A DNA stretch of 64,000 nucleotides from an uncultured delta proteobacterium (lineage in GTDB: Bacteria; Myxococcota; Myxococcia; Myxococcales; Anaeromyxobacteraceae): the NCBI GenBank assembly GCA_963828255.1, contig CAWHDZ010000003.1:32001-96000 (forward strand), in the 5' to 3' direction. The notes under the pieces were generated by a model. It was not told where the DNA came from. It saw nothing but the letters and a program-made list of their open reading frames with translations, and searched no databases. The position numbers and the translations under genes were made by a program. Shown here one piece after another: positions 13,556 to 23,064 of this stretch; positions within the stretch are counted from its first letter, which is position 1, and every line of letters starts with the position of its first letter.

Positions 13556-14560
13556 ATGAGCCTGCCCGTCGCCCACGTCCACGATCCGGTGGCGAACCCG
13601 ATCACCGGGACCGACCTCTCCCCCGAGCAGGTCCACGAGGTCGAGGCCGAGATCCTCGAGCTGAAGCGGGAGAAGGACGCGGTCATCCTGGCCCACAACT
13701 ACCAGCTGCCCGAGATCCAGGGGCTGGCCGACGTGGTGGGAGACTCGCTCCAGCTGGCCATCGAGGCCCAGAGGGTCCCGCAGTCCACCATCGTCTTCTG
13801 CGGCGTCCACTTCATGGCCGAGTCGGCCAAGGTGCTGAACCCCGCCAAGACCGTGCTGCTCCCCAACCTCTCGGCCGGCTGCTCGCTGGCCGACTCCATC
13901 TCGGCCGAGTCGCTGGAGGACTGGAAGGAGCGCTATCCGGGGCACGCGGTGGTCACCTACGTGAACTCCACCGCCGAGGTGAAGGCGCTCTCCGACATCT
14001 GCTGCACCAGCGCCAACGCCGCCAGCGTGGTGCGGTCGCTGCCCGAGAAGAAGATCCTCTTCACCCCCGACCGCAACCTGGGGGCCTGGGTGAAGTCGAA
14101 GGTGCCGGAGAAGGAGGTCGTGGTCTACGACGGGTGCTGCCCCATCCACGACGTGCTGCGCAGCGCCAGCGTGGAGAAGGTGCACGGGGAGCGCCCCGGG
14201 GCCATCGTCATCGCCCACCCGGAGTGCCGCGCCGACGTGCTCGAACTCGCCGACGAGGTCTGCTCCACCACCGGCATGACCGCCGCGGTGGCCCGCCACC
14301 CCGGGGCGAAGACCTTCATCGTGGCCACCGAGCACGGCATCCTCACCGGCCTGAAGAAGCGCTACCCGGACAAGGAGTTCGTGGTGGCCGACGGTTGCCT
14401 GGGCTGCCGCATGCACTGCCCGTACATGAAGATGATCGACCTCGTCATGGTCCGGGACGCGCTGCGCCGCGGCAAGCACGCCATCGAGGTGCCACCCGAC
14501 GTGGCGGCCGGCGCGCGCCGCGCGCTGGAGCGGATGATCGCCGTGCCGCGCGACGCGTAG
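13556..14560 (+). CDS. nadA: quinolinate synthase
   Basis: LAHNYQ, FCGVHFMAE, GCSLAD, YVNS, HPEC, CPYMK. Confidence 0.97.
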   Translation: MSLPVAHVHDPVANPITGTDLSPEQVHEVEAEILELKREKDAVILAHNYQLPEIQGLADVVGDSLQLAIEAQRVPQSTIVFCGVHFMAESAKVLNPAKTVLLPNLSAGCSLADSISAESLEDWKERYPGHAVVTYVNSTAEVKALSDICCTSANAASVVRSLPEKKILFTPDRNLGAWVKSKVPEKEVVVYDGCCPIHDVLRSASVEKVHGERPGAIVIAHPECRADVLELADEVCSTTGMTAAVARHPGAKTFIVATEHGILTGLKKRYPDKEFVVADGCLGCRMHCPYMKMIDLVMVRDALRRGKHAIEVPPDVAAGARRALERMIAVPRDA

Positions 14561-14567
14561 CCGCGAC

Positions 14568-14891
14568 TCAGTGGGTCAACCGCCAGAGCATGGCGAGGAC
14601 GCGGTCGCAGAGCGCGAGGGACCCCGCCGAGAGTGCCGGCGGGAAGTACCCGAACGCCTGCGCAACCCGCAGGCTCGCGACCACCTCCTCGGCGCTGCCC
14701 GCGGCGACTCTCCAGAGATGAATGCGGTCCTTGCCAGTCCTTCTCCTGCCCTCGCTCAGGTTCAGCGACACCGACGCCGCCGCGCGGCGAACCTGCTGCG
14801 CCAGACTCGGATCTCGCCTCTCCAGCGCGCCCAGCGGCTCCTTCAGCGACGCCACCATCTGCAGCGAGACCTCGAACGCATCGAACGGCAT
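14568..14891 (-). CDS. four helix bundle protein (23S rRNA IVS protein / Avd-like), 107 aa
   Basis: LAQQVRRAAASVSLNLSEG...AAGSAEEV signature; RBS AAGGAG. Confidence 0.88.
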   Translation of the reverse strand: MPFDAFEVSLQMVASLKEPLGALERRDPSLAQQVRRAAASVSLNLSEGRRRTGKDRIHLWRVAAGSAEEVVASLRVAQAFGYFPPALSAGSLALCDRVLAMLWRLTH

Positions 14892-14894
14892 GTG

Positions 14895-15029
14895 CGGCTC
14901 CTTTCCGGGTGGGGTTCGCCCATCCCGGCGCAGGACCCGTGACAGCCCGACGCGGGATCCACCCTCGAACGACCGCGGGCTGGCGCGGGGCGTGCGCCCC
15001 CGAGGCAACCCCACCCAGGAAGGGAGCCG
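14895..15029 (-). ncRNA. candidate structured 5' leader of four-helix-bundle gene
   Basis: ~26-nt near-perfect inverted repeat 14895..14920 / 15004..15029 covering the RBS, with internal hairpins. Confidence 0.5.
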
Positions 15030-15041
15030 ACCCCTCCGGAC

Positions 15042-15137
15042 GCGGCTGCGGCTGCGGCAGCGGCAGCGGAAGCGGAAGCGGAAGCGATTGCGGAAGCGGT
15101 TGCGGTTGCGGTTGCGGTTGCGGTTGCGGTTGCGGAA
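15042..15137. repeat. hexamer tandem array (GCGGNN)x16
   Basis: GCGGCT, GCGGCA, GCGGAA, GCGGTT units (one GCGATT) in unbroken 6-nt register. Confidence 0.95.
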
Positions 15138-15170
15138 ACTCGAGCGTCAGTTCACCCGGGTGAATCGCGG

Positions 15171-15296
15171 CCGCATCCGACCCAGATCCCGATCCCGATC
15201 CCGAGACCGAATCCGTGGCCCGAATCCGTGGCCGTGGTCCGAATCCGTGACCGTGGTCCGATGGTCCGAATCCGCGACCGTGGTCCGATCCCGACC
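15171..15296. repeat. degenerate (CCGNNN) array, ~20 units
   Basis: CCGATC, CCGAAT, CCGTGG(T) units. Confidence 0.9.
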
Positions 15297-15300
15297 CCCC

Positions 15301-17376
15301 CTACCTCGCGGCCTGCGGCTTCCTCGCCGGCATCAACTCCCCGAGGATCCGCTCCGCCCCGTAGATCTTGTCGAGCACGTGCGTCATGGCCGCCGTGTTG
15401 ACCGCCACCGTCCGATTCAGCTTCTCGTCGAATCCGTAATTCCCGGCCAGCGACCAGATGTTCCCGTCGAACACCAGCCCCACGATCCGGCCGTCCCGGT
15501 CCACCATCGGCGACCCGGAGTTGCCGCCGATGATGTCGGTGGTCGCCACCAGGTTGAACCTGGTGTCGAGCGCCAGCCTGGGCTTCGCCTCCAGCCAGCT
15601 CTTGGGGAGCGCGAAGGGCTCGCGGCCGGTGTGGCGCGCGAAGGCCCCGCCCAGGGTGGTGAAGGGAGGCACCACCTTCTTGCCCTCGGTCCAGCCCTTG
15701 ACCGTCCCGAAGCTGAGACGGAGCGTGAACGTCGCGTCGGGATACCCGGAGGCGCCCTCCACCGCGAAGCGGGCCTGGGCGATGGCCTCCGACCCCTTGT
15801 GCACCACCGACTCGATCTCGTCCTCGTACATCTTCCGGACCGCGCGGGCGTCCGGGTCCACTGCGCGGACGAAGGCGATCATGGGGTCCTGCGAGGCGTC
15901 CACCGCGGCCTTGCCCCCCTCCCAGAGCTGCTTGCGGACGGCCAGGTCGCGCACCTTCGTGCCCTGGACGAGCCGCTTCGCCAGCTCGGCCGGGGAATCC
16001 TGGCCGAGCACCTTCTTCGTGAAGGCATGGTCCGGTCCAAGGGTCTCGCGCAGCTTGGTGAGCGACCAGGAGAGCTTGAAGATCTCGAACTCCTCGTCGA
16101 CGGGGGCGGTGCTGAAGAGGGACTGGGTGACGGCCGGGAGCTTGGCGTCCTGGAACTCCTCGAGCCGGTCCGCGCTCGGCTTCTGGCGCTCGTCGGCGCC
16201 GCGGACCAGGGTGCGGGCGAACCGGAAGGAGTCGCTCATGAAGCCCGACGTCCCCATCACGAAGTTCACCTCGTCGCGGACGCTCCTCCTGAGGTCCTCG
16301 GCCTGCTGGATGGAGGCGAAGGCCTTGAGCGCGGGCGGACCGTTCTTGGAATCGGCGGCGAGCTTCTTCCGGAAGGCCTCCTCGGACGCGACCTTCTGCC
16401 CGTAGAAGTCCCGGTCCACGAGCGCCTCGCGCTCCCCCTTCAGCACCTTGAGCGAGTTCTCGACCCCGAAGAGGAGGCTGTTGGAGACGCGCTTCTGCTC
16501 GGCCCCGCGGTTCTGGAACTCGGTGACGGCGCCGCGCAGCTCGGAGAGGCGCATGAGGGTGGCCGGGAGCTGCACGTCACGCTGGTACTCGAGCTCCGCC
16601 ATGGTGAGCTGCCGGTCGGTTCCGCCCGGGTGGCCGGAGACGAAGACCACGTCGCCCTCCTCCGGTCCCGCCGGGTTCCAGGCCAGGAAGTCCTTGTTCT
16701 GGAGCGGTTTGCCGTCGTCGTAGACGCGGACCAGCGCCATGTCGAGGTCGAAGCGGGGGAACATGAAGTTGTCGGGGTCGCCGCCGAAGAAGGCGATGGC
16801 GAACTCGGGCGCGAAGACCATGCGGACGTCCTGGTAGCGCCGGTAGCGGTACAGGTCGTACCGGCCGCCGTGGAAGAGCGTCACCACGTTGCAGCGCAGG
16901 GCCGGGGTGGTCTGGCAGGCGGTCTCGATGCGCCCCGTCTCCGCCTTCAGCGCGTCGCTGAACTTCTGCCCCTCGAGCCCGGCGGTGGCCTTCTGCACGC
17001 GCGCGGTGACGTCGGTGATCTCGACGAGCTGGTTCACCTCCAGCACCGGGCACTTGACCTCCTCGGCGCCGGTCCTCGCGTGGAATCCCTCGGCGATGAA
17101 GTCCTTCTTGGCGCTGGAGAGATCCTGCAGGCAGCCCTCGACGCAGTGGTGGTTCGTGAGCACGAGCCCGTTCGGCGAGACGAAGCTGGCCGAGCAGCCC
17201 TGGGCCAGGCGGGCCGACGAGAGCCGGACGTGGTCGAGCCAGGCGTCGTCCACCTTGACCCCGTACCGCTTCTCGAGCTGGGCCTTCGGGAAGCCGTTGT
17301 AGGTCCACATGCCCTCGTCGGCGCGCGCCGAGGCGGATGCCGTGCAGAGCACGAGGAGGGCGATGGTCTTGCGCAT
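15301..17376 (-). CDS. S46 family dipeptidyl peptidase
   Basis: Signal peptide, ADEGMW, GCSASFVS..GLVLTNHHC, DIIGGNSGSP, LVFDGN. Confidence 0.95.
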   Translation of the reverse strand: MRKTIALLVLCTASASARADEGMWTYNGFPKAQLEKRYGVKVDDAWLDHVRLSSARLAQGCSASFVSPNGLVLTNHHCVEGCLQDLSSAKKDFIAEGFHARTGAEEVKCPVLEVNQLVEITDVTARVQKATAGLEGQKFSDALKAETGRIETACQTTPALRCNVVTLFHGGRYDLYRYRRYQDVRMVFAPEFAIAFFGGDPDNFMFPRFDLDMALVRVYDDGKPLQNKDFLAWNPAGPEEGDVVFVSGHPGGTDRQLTMAELEYQRDVQLPATLMRLSELRGAVTEFQNRGAEQKRVSNSLLFGVENSLKVLKGEREALVDRDFYGQKVASEEAFRKKLAADSKNGPPALKAFASIQQAEDLRRSVRDEVNFVMGTSGFMSDSFRFARTLVRGADERQKPSADRLEEFQDAKLPAVTQSLFSTAPVDEEFEIFKLSWSLTKLRETLGPDHAFTKKVLGQDSPAELAKRLVQGTKVRDLAVRKQLWEGGKAAVDASQDPMIAFVRAVDPDARAVRKMYEDEIESVVHKGSEAIAQARFAVEGASGYPDATFTLRLSFGTVKGWTEGKKVVPPFTTLGGAFARHTGREPFALPKSWLEAKPRLALDTRFNLVATTDIIGGNSGSPMVDRDGRIVGLVFDGNIWSLAGNYGFDEKLNRTVAVNTAAMTHVLDKIYGAERILGELMPARKPQAAR

Positions 17377-17527
17377 GGTGGGGTCTCCGATGGGCCAGCC
17401 GGGCGCCCCGGGAAGGGGCGAGAGGTGGCACCTGATAAGGCCGTCGCGGGTCCGAGTCAAGGACCCGATGACGGTCGAAGCCGCCCGATTTCTGGATCCT
17501 TTCCGCGGCGGGGCTAGGCTTGGACCC

Positions 17528-17707
17528 ATGAACGACGCCGATCGCGAATGGGTAGGGCTCGTGGCCCACTTCCAGGAACTCGACCGCCGGCTTCGCGACG
17601 CGCCCGTCCGCCGGGAGCCGGTGCTCCCCGCCGACCTGGACGTCGAGGCGGAGCTGGAGCGCTGCTTCTCCCAGCCCGGCCGGAGCGTGTGGGTGAGCGT
17701 GGTATAA
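17528..17707 (+). CDS. small hypothetical protein (59 aa)
   Basis: ATG-start ORF with GC3-rich codons filling the gap before the next gene. Confidence 0.4.
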   Translation: MNDADREWVGLVAHFQELDRRLRDAPVRREPVLPADLDVEAELERCFSQPGRSVWVSVV

Positions 17708-17717
17708 GCTCGCCTGG

Positions 17718-19367
17718 ATGACCCGATTCAAGATCTGGGGGTTCACGGCGCTGGTGGTGGCGATCGGCCTCGCCGGCGTCTGGGTGTTCACGCAGCGCGC
17801 CGCGGTTCCCGCGCTGGAGCAGGTCTCCGCCACGCTCCGTTCCGGGGCCCTCCAGTTCGAGACCGGCACCCGGCTGCTCTCCCGGCAGGTGAGGGACGTG
17901 GCCGCGGTGGCGGCGCGCGACCCGGCGCTCGCGAGCGGCCTCTCGGCCCTCGAGGCCGGCCGGACCTCCCGGGCCGCCCGCGCCCCCGGGGCAGCGCGCC
18001 CCGACGGCGCTTCCTCGATCGACGTTGCGGCCATCGCCGAGGCCGCCATCAACTCCGCGGCGGCGCTCCTGGAGGTGGAGATGGGGCGCGCGCCGCTGGT
18101 CGGTTCGTCCCACGACCGGACGGTGTCGCTGCGCGTCGGCGACCGGCGTCTCCAGCCCGGCGACGCACTCTCCCAGGCCCTCCTGGGGTCGGGTGCCGCC
18201 CCCCGTCACGTGCGCGTCGGCGACGTCATCTACGCCGTGGCGGTTCACCACGCCGACCGGGGGATCACGCTCGCCTTCGGGCTCCCCATCGACCCCCGCT
18301 GGACGGGCCGGCTCCAGGCCGCCACCGGGGCGGACCTCACCTTCCTCGGCGCGACGCCGGCCTCCTCCCTGTCGCCCGCCGATGCGGCGGCCGTCGTGGC
18401 CGCAGCCACCCGCGGCGGTGCGGGCATGGTCGACGTGGGGCGCCTCGGGCCCGTTCCGGCCGCCGCCGGGCTACCCGGGCTCCCGCTGCTCTTCCTCAGG
18501 GCCCCGGCGTTCCGGGCCCGCCCGCTCGCCCTCTCCGGGATCGACGGGCCGGTGGCGGTCCTCTCGGCGCCGGCCCGGCCGTCGCTCGAGCCCATCGCCG
18601 CCTTCCAGCAGTCCATGCTGGTGGCCCTGCTCGCGCTGGCCATCGTCGGCGTGGGGCTGGGGCTGGCCCGCGAGCCGGTGGTGCCCTCCCACGTCCCGCG
18701 TGAGCTGGCGTCGGTGGCCGACCGGATCTCCCGGGGCGATTTCGAGGTCCGGGTCCCGCGCATGAGCGGGACCTTCGGCACGCTCGCCGCGGCGCTCTCC
18801 CGCGCCTCGGAGACGGCGCGGCTGGCGCGCATCGCCCAGGGGGCCGCGGTGGGCCCGGTCCACCCTCCCCATCCGGCGCCCACGCTCGACGTCCCCCTCC
18901 ACGCCGTTCCGCCGGAGGAGGCCGGGGCGCAGCGCGACGGCGAACCGTTCGGGGTGAGCGGGCTTGCGCCTCCGGCCACCCCCACGCCGCTCCCCGTCCC
19001 CGGCCGCGCCGCCCACCCGCTCACCGCCGCCGAGGTGGTCCTCGCCGCCCAGGCCGCGCGCGCTGGTCACCCCCGCACGACGATGCCCATCGGCGGGGAC
19101 GGTCCGGACACCCCTGCTCCCGGTCACGCCACGCCCTCGCCGGCGGAGGAAGAGCTCGACGCGTCCTGGCGCAGCGTTCACGAGGAGTTCTTGCGGGTGC
19201 GCTCCGCCCAGGGGGAGCCGGTGGACGGGGTCTCCTGGGACCGGTTCCGCGACAAGCTGCGCAAGAACCGCGATCTCCTGGTGCAGAAGTACGCCTGCCG
19301 GACGGTGCGCTTCCAGGTCTACGTGAAGGAAGGCAGGACGGCGCTGCGGGCGACGCCCGTGAGGTAG
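17718..19367 (+). CDS. MXAN_5187-family membrane protein with HAMP-like linker
   Basis: Two TM segments, HAMP-like ELASVADRISRGDF, Pro-rich linker, C-terminal EEFL...GEPVDGVSWDRFRDKL...VRFQVYVKEG. Confidence 0.8.
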   Translation: MTRFKIWGFTALVVAIGLAGVWVFTQRAAVPALEQVSATLRSGALQFETGTRLLSRQVRDVAAVAARDPALASGLSALEAGRTSRAARAPGAARPDGASSIDVAAIAEAAINSAAALLEVEMGRAPLVGSSHDRTVSLRVGDRRLQPGDALSQALLGSGAAPRHVRVGDVIYAVAVHHADRGITLAFGLPIDPRWTGRLQAATGADLTFLGATPASSLSPADAAAVVAAATRGGAGMVDVGRLGPVPAAAGLPGLPLLFLRAPAFRARPLALSGIDGPVAVLSAPARPSLEPIAAFQQSMLVALLALAIVGVGLGLAREPVVPSHVPRELASVADRISRGDFEVRVPRMSGTFGTLAAALSRASETARLARIAQGAAVGPVHPPHPAPTLDVPLHAVPPEEAGAQRDGEPFGVSGLAPPATPTPLPVPGRAAHPLTAAEVVLAAQAARAGHPRTTMPIGGDGPDTPAPGHATPSPAEEELDASWRSVHEEFLRVRSAQGEPVDGVSWDRFRDKLRKNRDLLVQKYACRTVRFQVYVKEGRTALRATPVR

Positions 19368-19406
19368 TGGGAAAAGCTTGCGCCGTCTTCGAAGAAGACG
19401 GCGCTG

Positions 19407-22067
19407 TTAACGGTCGTCCTGGAAGAAGTTCTGCGGCGCCGCCGACGGCTCCGGCGAGGTCTGGCGGGGCGCGGTACCGGGCATGAAGGGGAGCAACACC
19501 CCGTCCTGGCCCCCCGCGGCGAGCATCCCGGTCTTCGGGTCGATGCGCACGAACTCCACCCCCGGTGGTTCCGGGAAGTCGGTGGCCGGGCGCATCCCCA
19601 CCGCCGCCTGCATGAACCCGAGCCAGCCGGGCAGAGCGGCCCCCGCGCCGGTGGCGTGCGGGCCGAGCGGGTCGTGGTTGTCGAACCCCACCCAGACGCC
19701 GGCGGCCAGTTCCGGGGTCATCCCCACGAACCACGCGTCCCGGTGCTCCTGGGCGGTCCCGGTCTTCGCGGCCACGGGCCGGTCGAGCGCCTTGGCCGCC
19801 TGCCCCGTCCCGCTCTGCACGACCTCCTTCATCATGGCCACGGTCACGTAGGCGGCCTCGGGCCGGACCCGGTCCGGGAGGCGCCCCACGGAAGGCGCCG
19901 GGGCCGGCGGCGGCATGGCGCCCTCCTCGGGCATTCCCGCGCCCAGGGAGGCCTCCGGAGGCGGGGAGGGTGGGGCGGTCTCGGGAGGGGGAGGGGGGCG
20001 CAGCGGCTTCGTCTCCTCGAGGACGTTTCCCTCCCGGTCGCGCACCCGGGTCACGATGATGGGGGGGGCCGGGAAGCCGCCGGCGGCCAAGGTGGCGAAG
20101 CCGTTCACCAGCTCGAGCGGCGTCACCTCGCCGGTTCCCAGCGCGAGGGAGAGGCTGCGGGGCAGCTCGCTCTCGATCCCGCAGCGCCGCGCGAAGTCGA
20201 TCACCGCCTCGACCCCGAGCGCGTTCACGAGCTTCGCCGACACGGTGTTCTTGGAGTGGGCCAGCGCGTCGCGGAGCAGCATCGGCCCCTCGTAGACGTC
20301 CTTCTCGAAGTTCTGCGGCTTCCACTCCTTGCCGGTCCAGGGGTCCCGGTAGAGGTCGGGCGTGTCGTAGACCACCGTGGCCGGGGTGAACCTCCCCGAC
20401 TCGACGGCGGCGCCCCACACGAAGGGCTTGAAGGCGCTGCCCGGCTGCCGCTTCGCCTGGATGGCCCGGTTGAACTGGGAGCGCGAGAAGTCCTGCCCGC
20501 CCACCAGCGCGCGGACGCCGCGGGTGGCGGGGTCGATGGCGACGAGCGCCCCCTCGAGGCGCGGCACCTGCTCGAGCGACAGGGGCAGGAGCTTCCCGGC
20601 CAGGGCCAGGTCGAGCGGCGACCGCCGACCCGGGACGACGCGGGCGAGCACGATGTCTCCGGCCCGGAGCACGTCGCCCATCCTCTTCGGCGCGGCCGTC
20701 CCCACGGCCGGGTTGTACTTGCGGGCCCACGCGACGTCGGAGAAGGGGATGGTCCCCCTGGCCCCGCCCAGATCGAGGGTGGCCACCTTGTCCTCCACCT
20801 TCTCGACCAGCGCCGCGTAGGTCTCTCCGGCCTCGAGGGGGCGCACCCGGACCCGCCGGCGCGCGTCGGGCCTTGCGTCGGGCTTGGCGTCGCCCTCGAC
20901 GTCGATCTCGTCGGGGTCCACCCGTCCAAGGTCCCAGACCAGCACCTCGCCGGCCTGGGGCTTGGCCGCCGCGAGCCGCTGCCGCCAGCCGGGCAGGGCC
21001 GCGGCCAGCTGCTTCTCGTCGAGCCGCTGCGGCGCGCCCCGCCAGCCGTGCCGCTTGTCCACGAGCCTGAGGTCGGCGTCCAGGGCCGCCTCGGCGGCGC
21101 GCTGGAGGTTGGGCATCATGGCCACGTCCACCTGCAGCCCGTCGGTCTCGACCCGATCGGCGCCGTAGCGCTCGTCGAGCTGGCGCCGGACCGCGTCGGC
21201 GTACCAGGCCCCGTAGGGCTCGGTGGGCTTGCGCAGCCGGAGCGGCCTGGCCGCCTCGGCCTCGGCGGTGCGGGCGTCGATGAAGCCCTCCTCCACCATG
21301 CGGCGCAGGACGTAGCGCTGGCGGGCCCGTGCGGCCTCGAGGTGCTTCACCGGCGAGATCCGCTCCGGAGACTGGATCAGTCCGGCCAGCGTGGCCGCTT
21401 CACCCACTGTGACATCGCGGATCCCCTTGCCGAAGTAGAACTGGGACGCCTCCTCCACGCCGTAGCGCCGGTGCCCCATGTAGATCTGGTTCAGGTAGAG
21501 GAAGAGGATCTCGTCCTTGGTGAGGTTCTGCTCGAGCCTGGGGGCGAGGACCATCTCCTTCACCTTGCGCTTCACCCGCCAGTCGGTGGAGAGGAGGAAG
21601 GTCTTCACCACCTGCTGGGTGATGGTGGAGCCGCCGCAGGCCACGCCTCCGCGCAGGAGTCCCTTCACCGCGCAGCGGGCGATGGCCAGGTAGTTCACGC
21701 CCTCGTGCTCGTAGAAGCGCGCGTCCTCTGCGGCGAGCACCGCCCGCTTCATCACGTCGGGGATCTTGTCGAACGGGACGACGGTGCGCCGCTCCCGCGC
21801 GAAGACGAAGGCCTCGCTGCCGTCGGCGGCCAGGACCCGCGTGGAGACGAGCGGACGGTAGTCCTTGAGCCCTGCGAAGGCCGGCAACTCGCGTGTCCAG
21901 GCGAACAGGAGCGCGCTGACCCCCGCGGCGAGGAGTCCGGCCAGGCCCAGCGCGACGAGCGCGATGCGGCGCCGGTCCAGGCCGCGCAGGAAGGCCAGGG
22001 CGCGCCCGGCCCGGCCGGGCGGCGGCGACTCTGGGGGACTGCTCTCCGTGGAGGGATCGGTGTCCAA
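19407..22067 (-). CDS. mrcA: penicillin-binding protein 1A
   Basis: EDARFYEH, GGSTITQQ, RK.KE, SAFK, SKN, KTGT motifs. Confidence 0.93.
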   Translation of the reverse strand: MDTDPSTESSPPESPPPGRAGRALAFLRGLDRRRIALVALGLAGLLAAGVSALLFAWTRELPAFAGLKDYRPLVSTRVLAADGSEAFVFARERRTVVPFDKIPDVMKRAVLAAEDARFYEHEGVNYLAIARCAVKGLLRGGVACGGSTITQQVVKTFLLSTDWRVKRKVKEMVLAPRLEQNLTKDEILFLYLNQIYMGHRRYGVEEASQFYFGKGIRDVTVGEAATLAGLIQSPERISPVKHLEAARARQRYVLRRMVEEGFIDARTAEAEAARPLRLRKPTEPYGAWYADAVRRQLDERYGADRVETDGLQVDVAMMPNLQRAAEAALDADLRLVDKRHGWRGAPQRLDEKQLAAALPGWRQRLAAAKPQAGEVLVWDLGRVDPDEIDVEGDAKPDARPDARRRVRVRPLEAGETYAALVEKVEDKVATLDLGGARGTIPFSDVAWARKYNPAVGTAAPKRMGDVLRAGDIVLARVVPGRRSPLDLALAGKLLPLSLEQVPRLEGALVAIDPATRGVRALVGGQDFSRSQFNRAIQAKRQPGSAFKPFVWGAAVESGRFTPATVVYDTPDLYRDPWTGKEWKPQNFEKDVYEGPMLLRDALAHSKNTVSAKLVNALGVEAVIDFARRCGIESELPRSLSLALGTGEVTPLELVNGFATLAAGGFPAPPIIVTRVRDREGNVLEETKPLRPPPPPETAPPSPPPEASLGAGMPEEGAMPPPAPAPSVGRLPDRVRPEAAYVTVAMMKEVVQSGTGQAAKALDRPVAAKTGTAQEHRDAWFVGMTPELAAGVWVGFDNHDPLGPHATGAGAALPGWLGFMQAAVGMRPATDFPEPPGVEFVRIDPKTGMLAAGGQDGVLLPFMPGTAPRQTSPEPSAAPQNFFQDDR

Positions 22068-22311
22068 GGTGGGGGGCGGGAACGATAGTCCCGGGGGGCG
22101 CTGCCGCCAAGTGGCGAGCGAAAGCGCGGGAACGCAGGCGACCCGGCCGGGAGGGAGGGATGGCCGGGTGTCGCTTGCGCCCCGCGCCTTGGGAAACCTT
22201 CACCCCCCCTGAGCCATTCCCCGGGGGTTTTCGTTTGACACCCCGGGGAAACCGGAGCATCACGGAGACCCGATCTCCCACGCGGTCCCGCGCCATACAC
22301 GGAGGAAATCC

Positions 22312-23049
22312 ATGAGGATGCACCGCTCGATTTTGCTCGTCGTTCCTGTCCTGGCCCTCTTCCTCGCCGGCTGCCCGGCGAAGCCGAAGGACGGTGAGTG
22401 CAAGACCAGTGAGGACTGCTCGGCCCAGGAGGGCTACGGAAAGACCTGCGTCGAGGGGCGCTGCCAGGAGTGTGGCCAGGACACCGACTGCAAGGCCGGC
22501 TTCGTCTGCAAGTCGCTCAAGTGCGTGCCCCGCCCCGAGTGCGAGCGCAGCGACGACTGCCCGGCCGGCAAGGCCTGCGAGGCCGGAAGGTGCATGACCG
22601 TCGCCCCACCCCCGGCGCCGCCCCCCGAGTGCGTGAACGACTCGGCCTGCCCGTCCGGCAAGGCCTGCCAGGCCGGCAAGTGCGTCACCTCCGAGCCCCA
22701 GGCCTGCCCGCAGGGCGGCGGCAAGCTCCTTCCGGTCTACTTCGGCTTCGACCGCGCGGTCCTGACGCCCGAGTCCCAGGCGGAGCTGACCAAGAACGCG
22801 GCCTGCATCAAGGAGAAGGCCTTCACCCGGATCACCGTCGAGGGCAACTGCGACGACCGGGGCACCGTCGAGTACAACCTCCAGCTCGGCCAGCGCCGCG
22901 CCGAGTCCGCCCGGAAGTTCCTGGTGAACCTGGGCATCCCCGCCAGGTCGATCAAGGCGGTGAGCTACGGCAAGGAGCGGCCCGTCTGCACCGATGCCAC
23001 CGAGAGCTGCTGGGCGAAGAACCGCCGCGGCGACGTCGTGGCGCAGTAG
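22312..23049 (+). CDS. pal: Pal/OmpA-family lipoprotein with Cys-rich N-terminal repeats
   Basis: Lipobox LAGC, VYFGFD, EGNCDDRGTVEYNLQLGQRRA, SYGKERP; upstream of cpoB. Confidence 0.85.
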   Translation: MRMHRSILLVVPVLALFLAGCPAKPKDGECKTSEDCSAQEGYGKTCVEGRCQECGQDTDCKAGFVCKSLKCVPRPECERSDDCPAGKACEAGRCMTVAPPPAPPPECVNDSACPSGKACQAGKCVTSEPQACPQGGGKLLPVYFGFDRAVLTPESQAELTKNAACIKEKAFTRITVEGNCDDRGTVEYNLQLGQRRAESARKFLVNLGIPARSIKAVSYGKERPVCTDATESCWAKNRRGDVVAQ

Positions 23050-23064
23050 CTGGACAGTGAACGA

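Noticed and set aside
15042..15296. CRISPR array, or a Cys/Gly- or Arg-rich protein (ORFs 14633..15163, 14722..17517)
   Set aside because: Units are 6-nt microsatellite-like with no unique spacers and no cas genes; the peptides are just translations of the repeat
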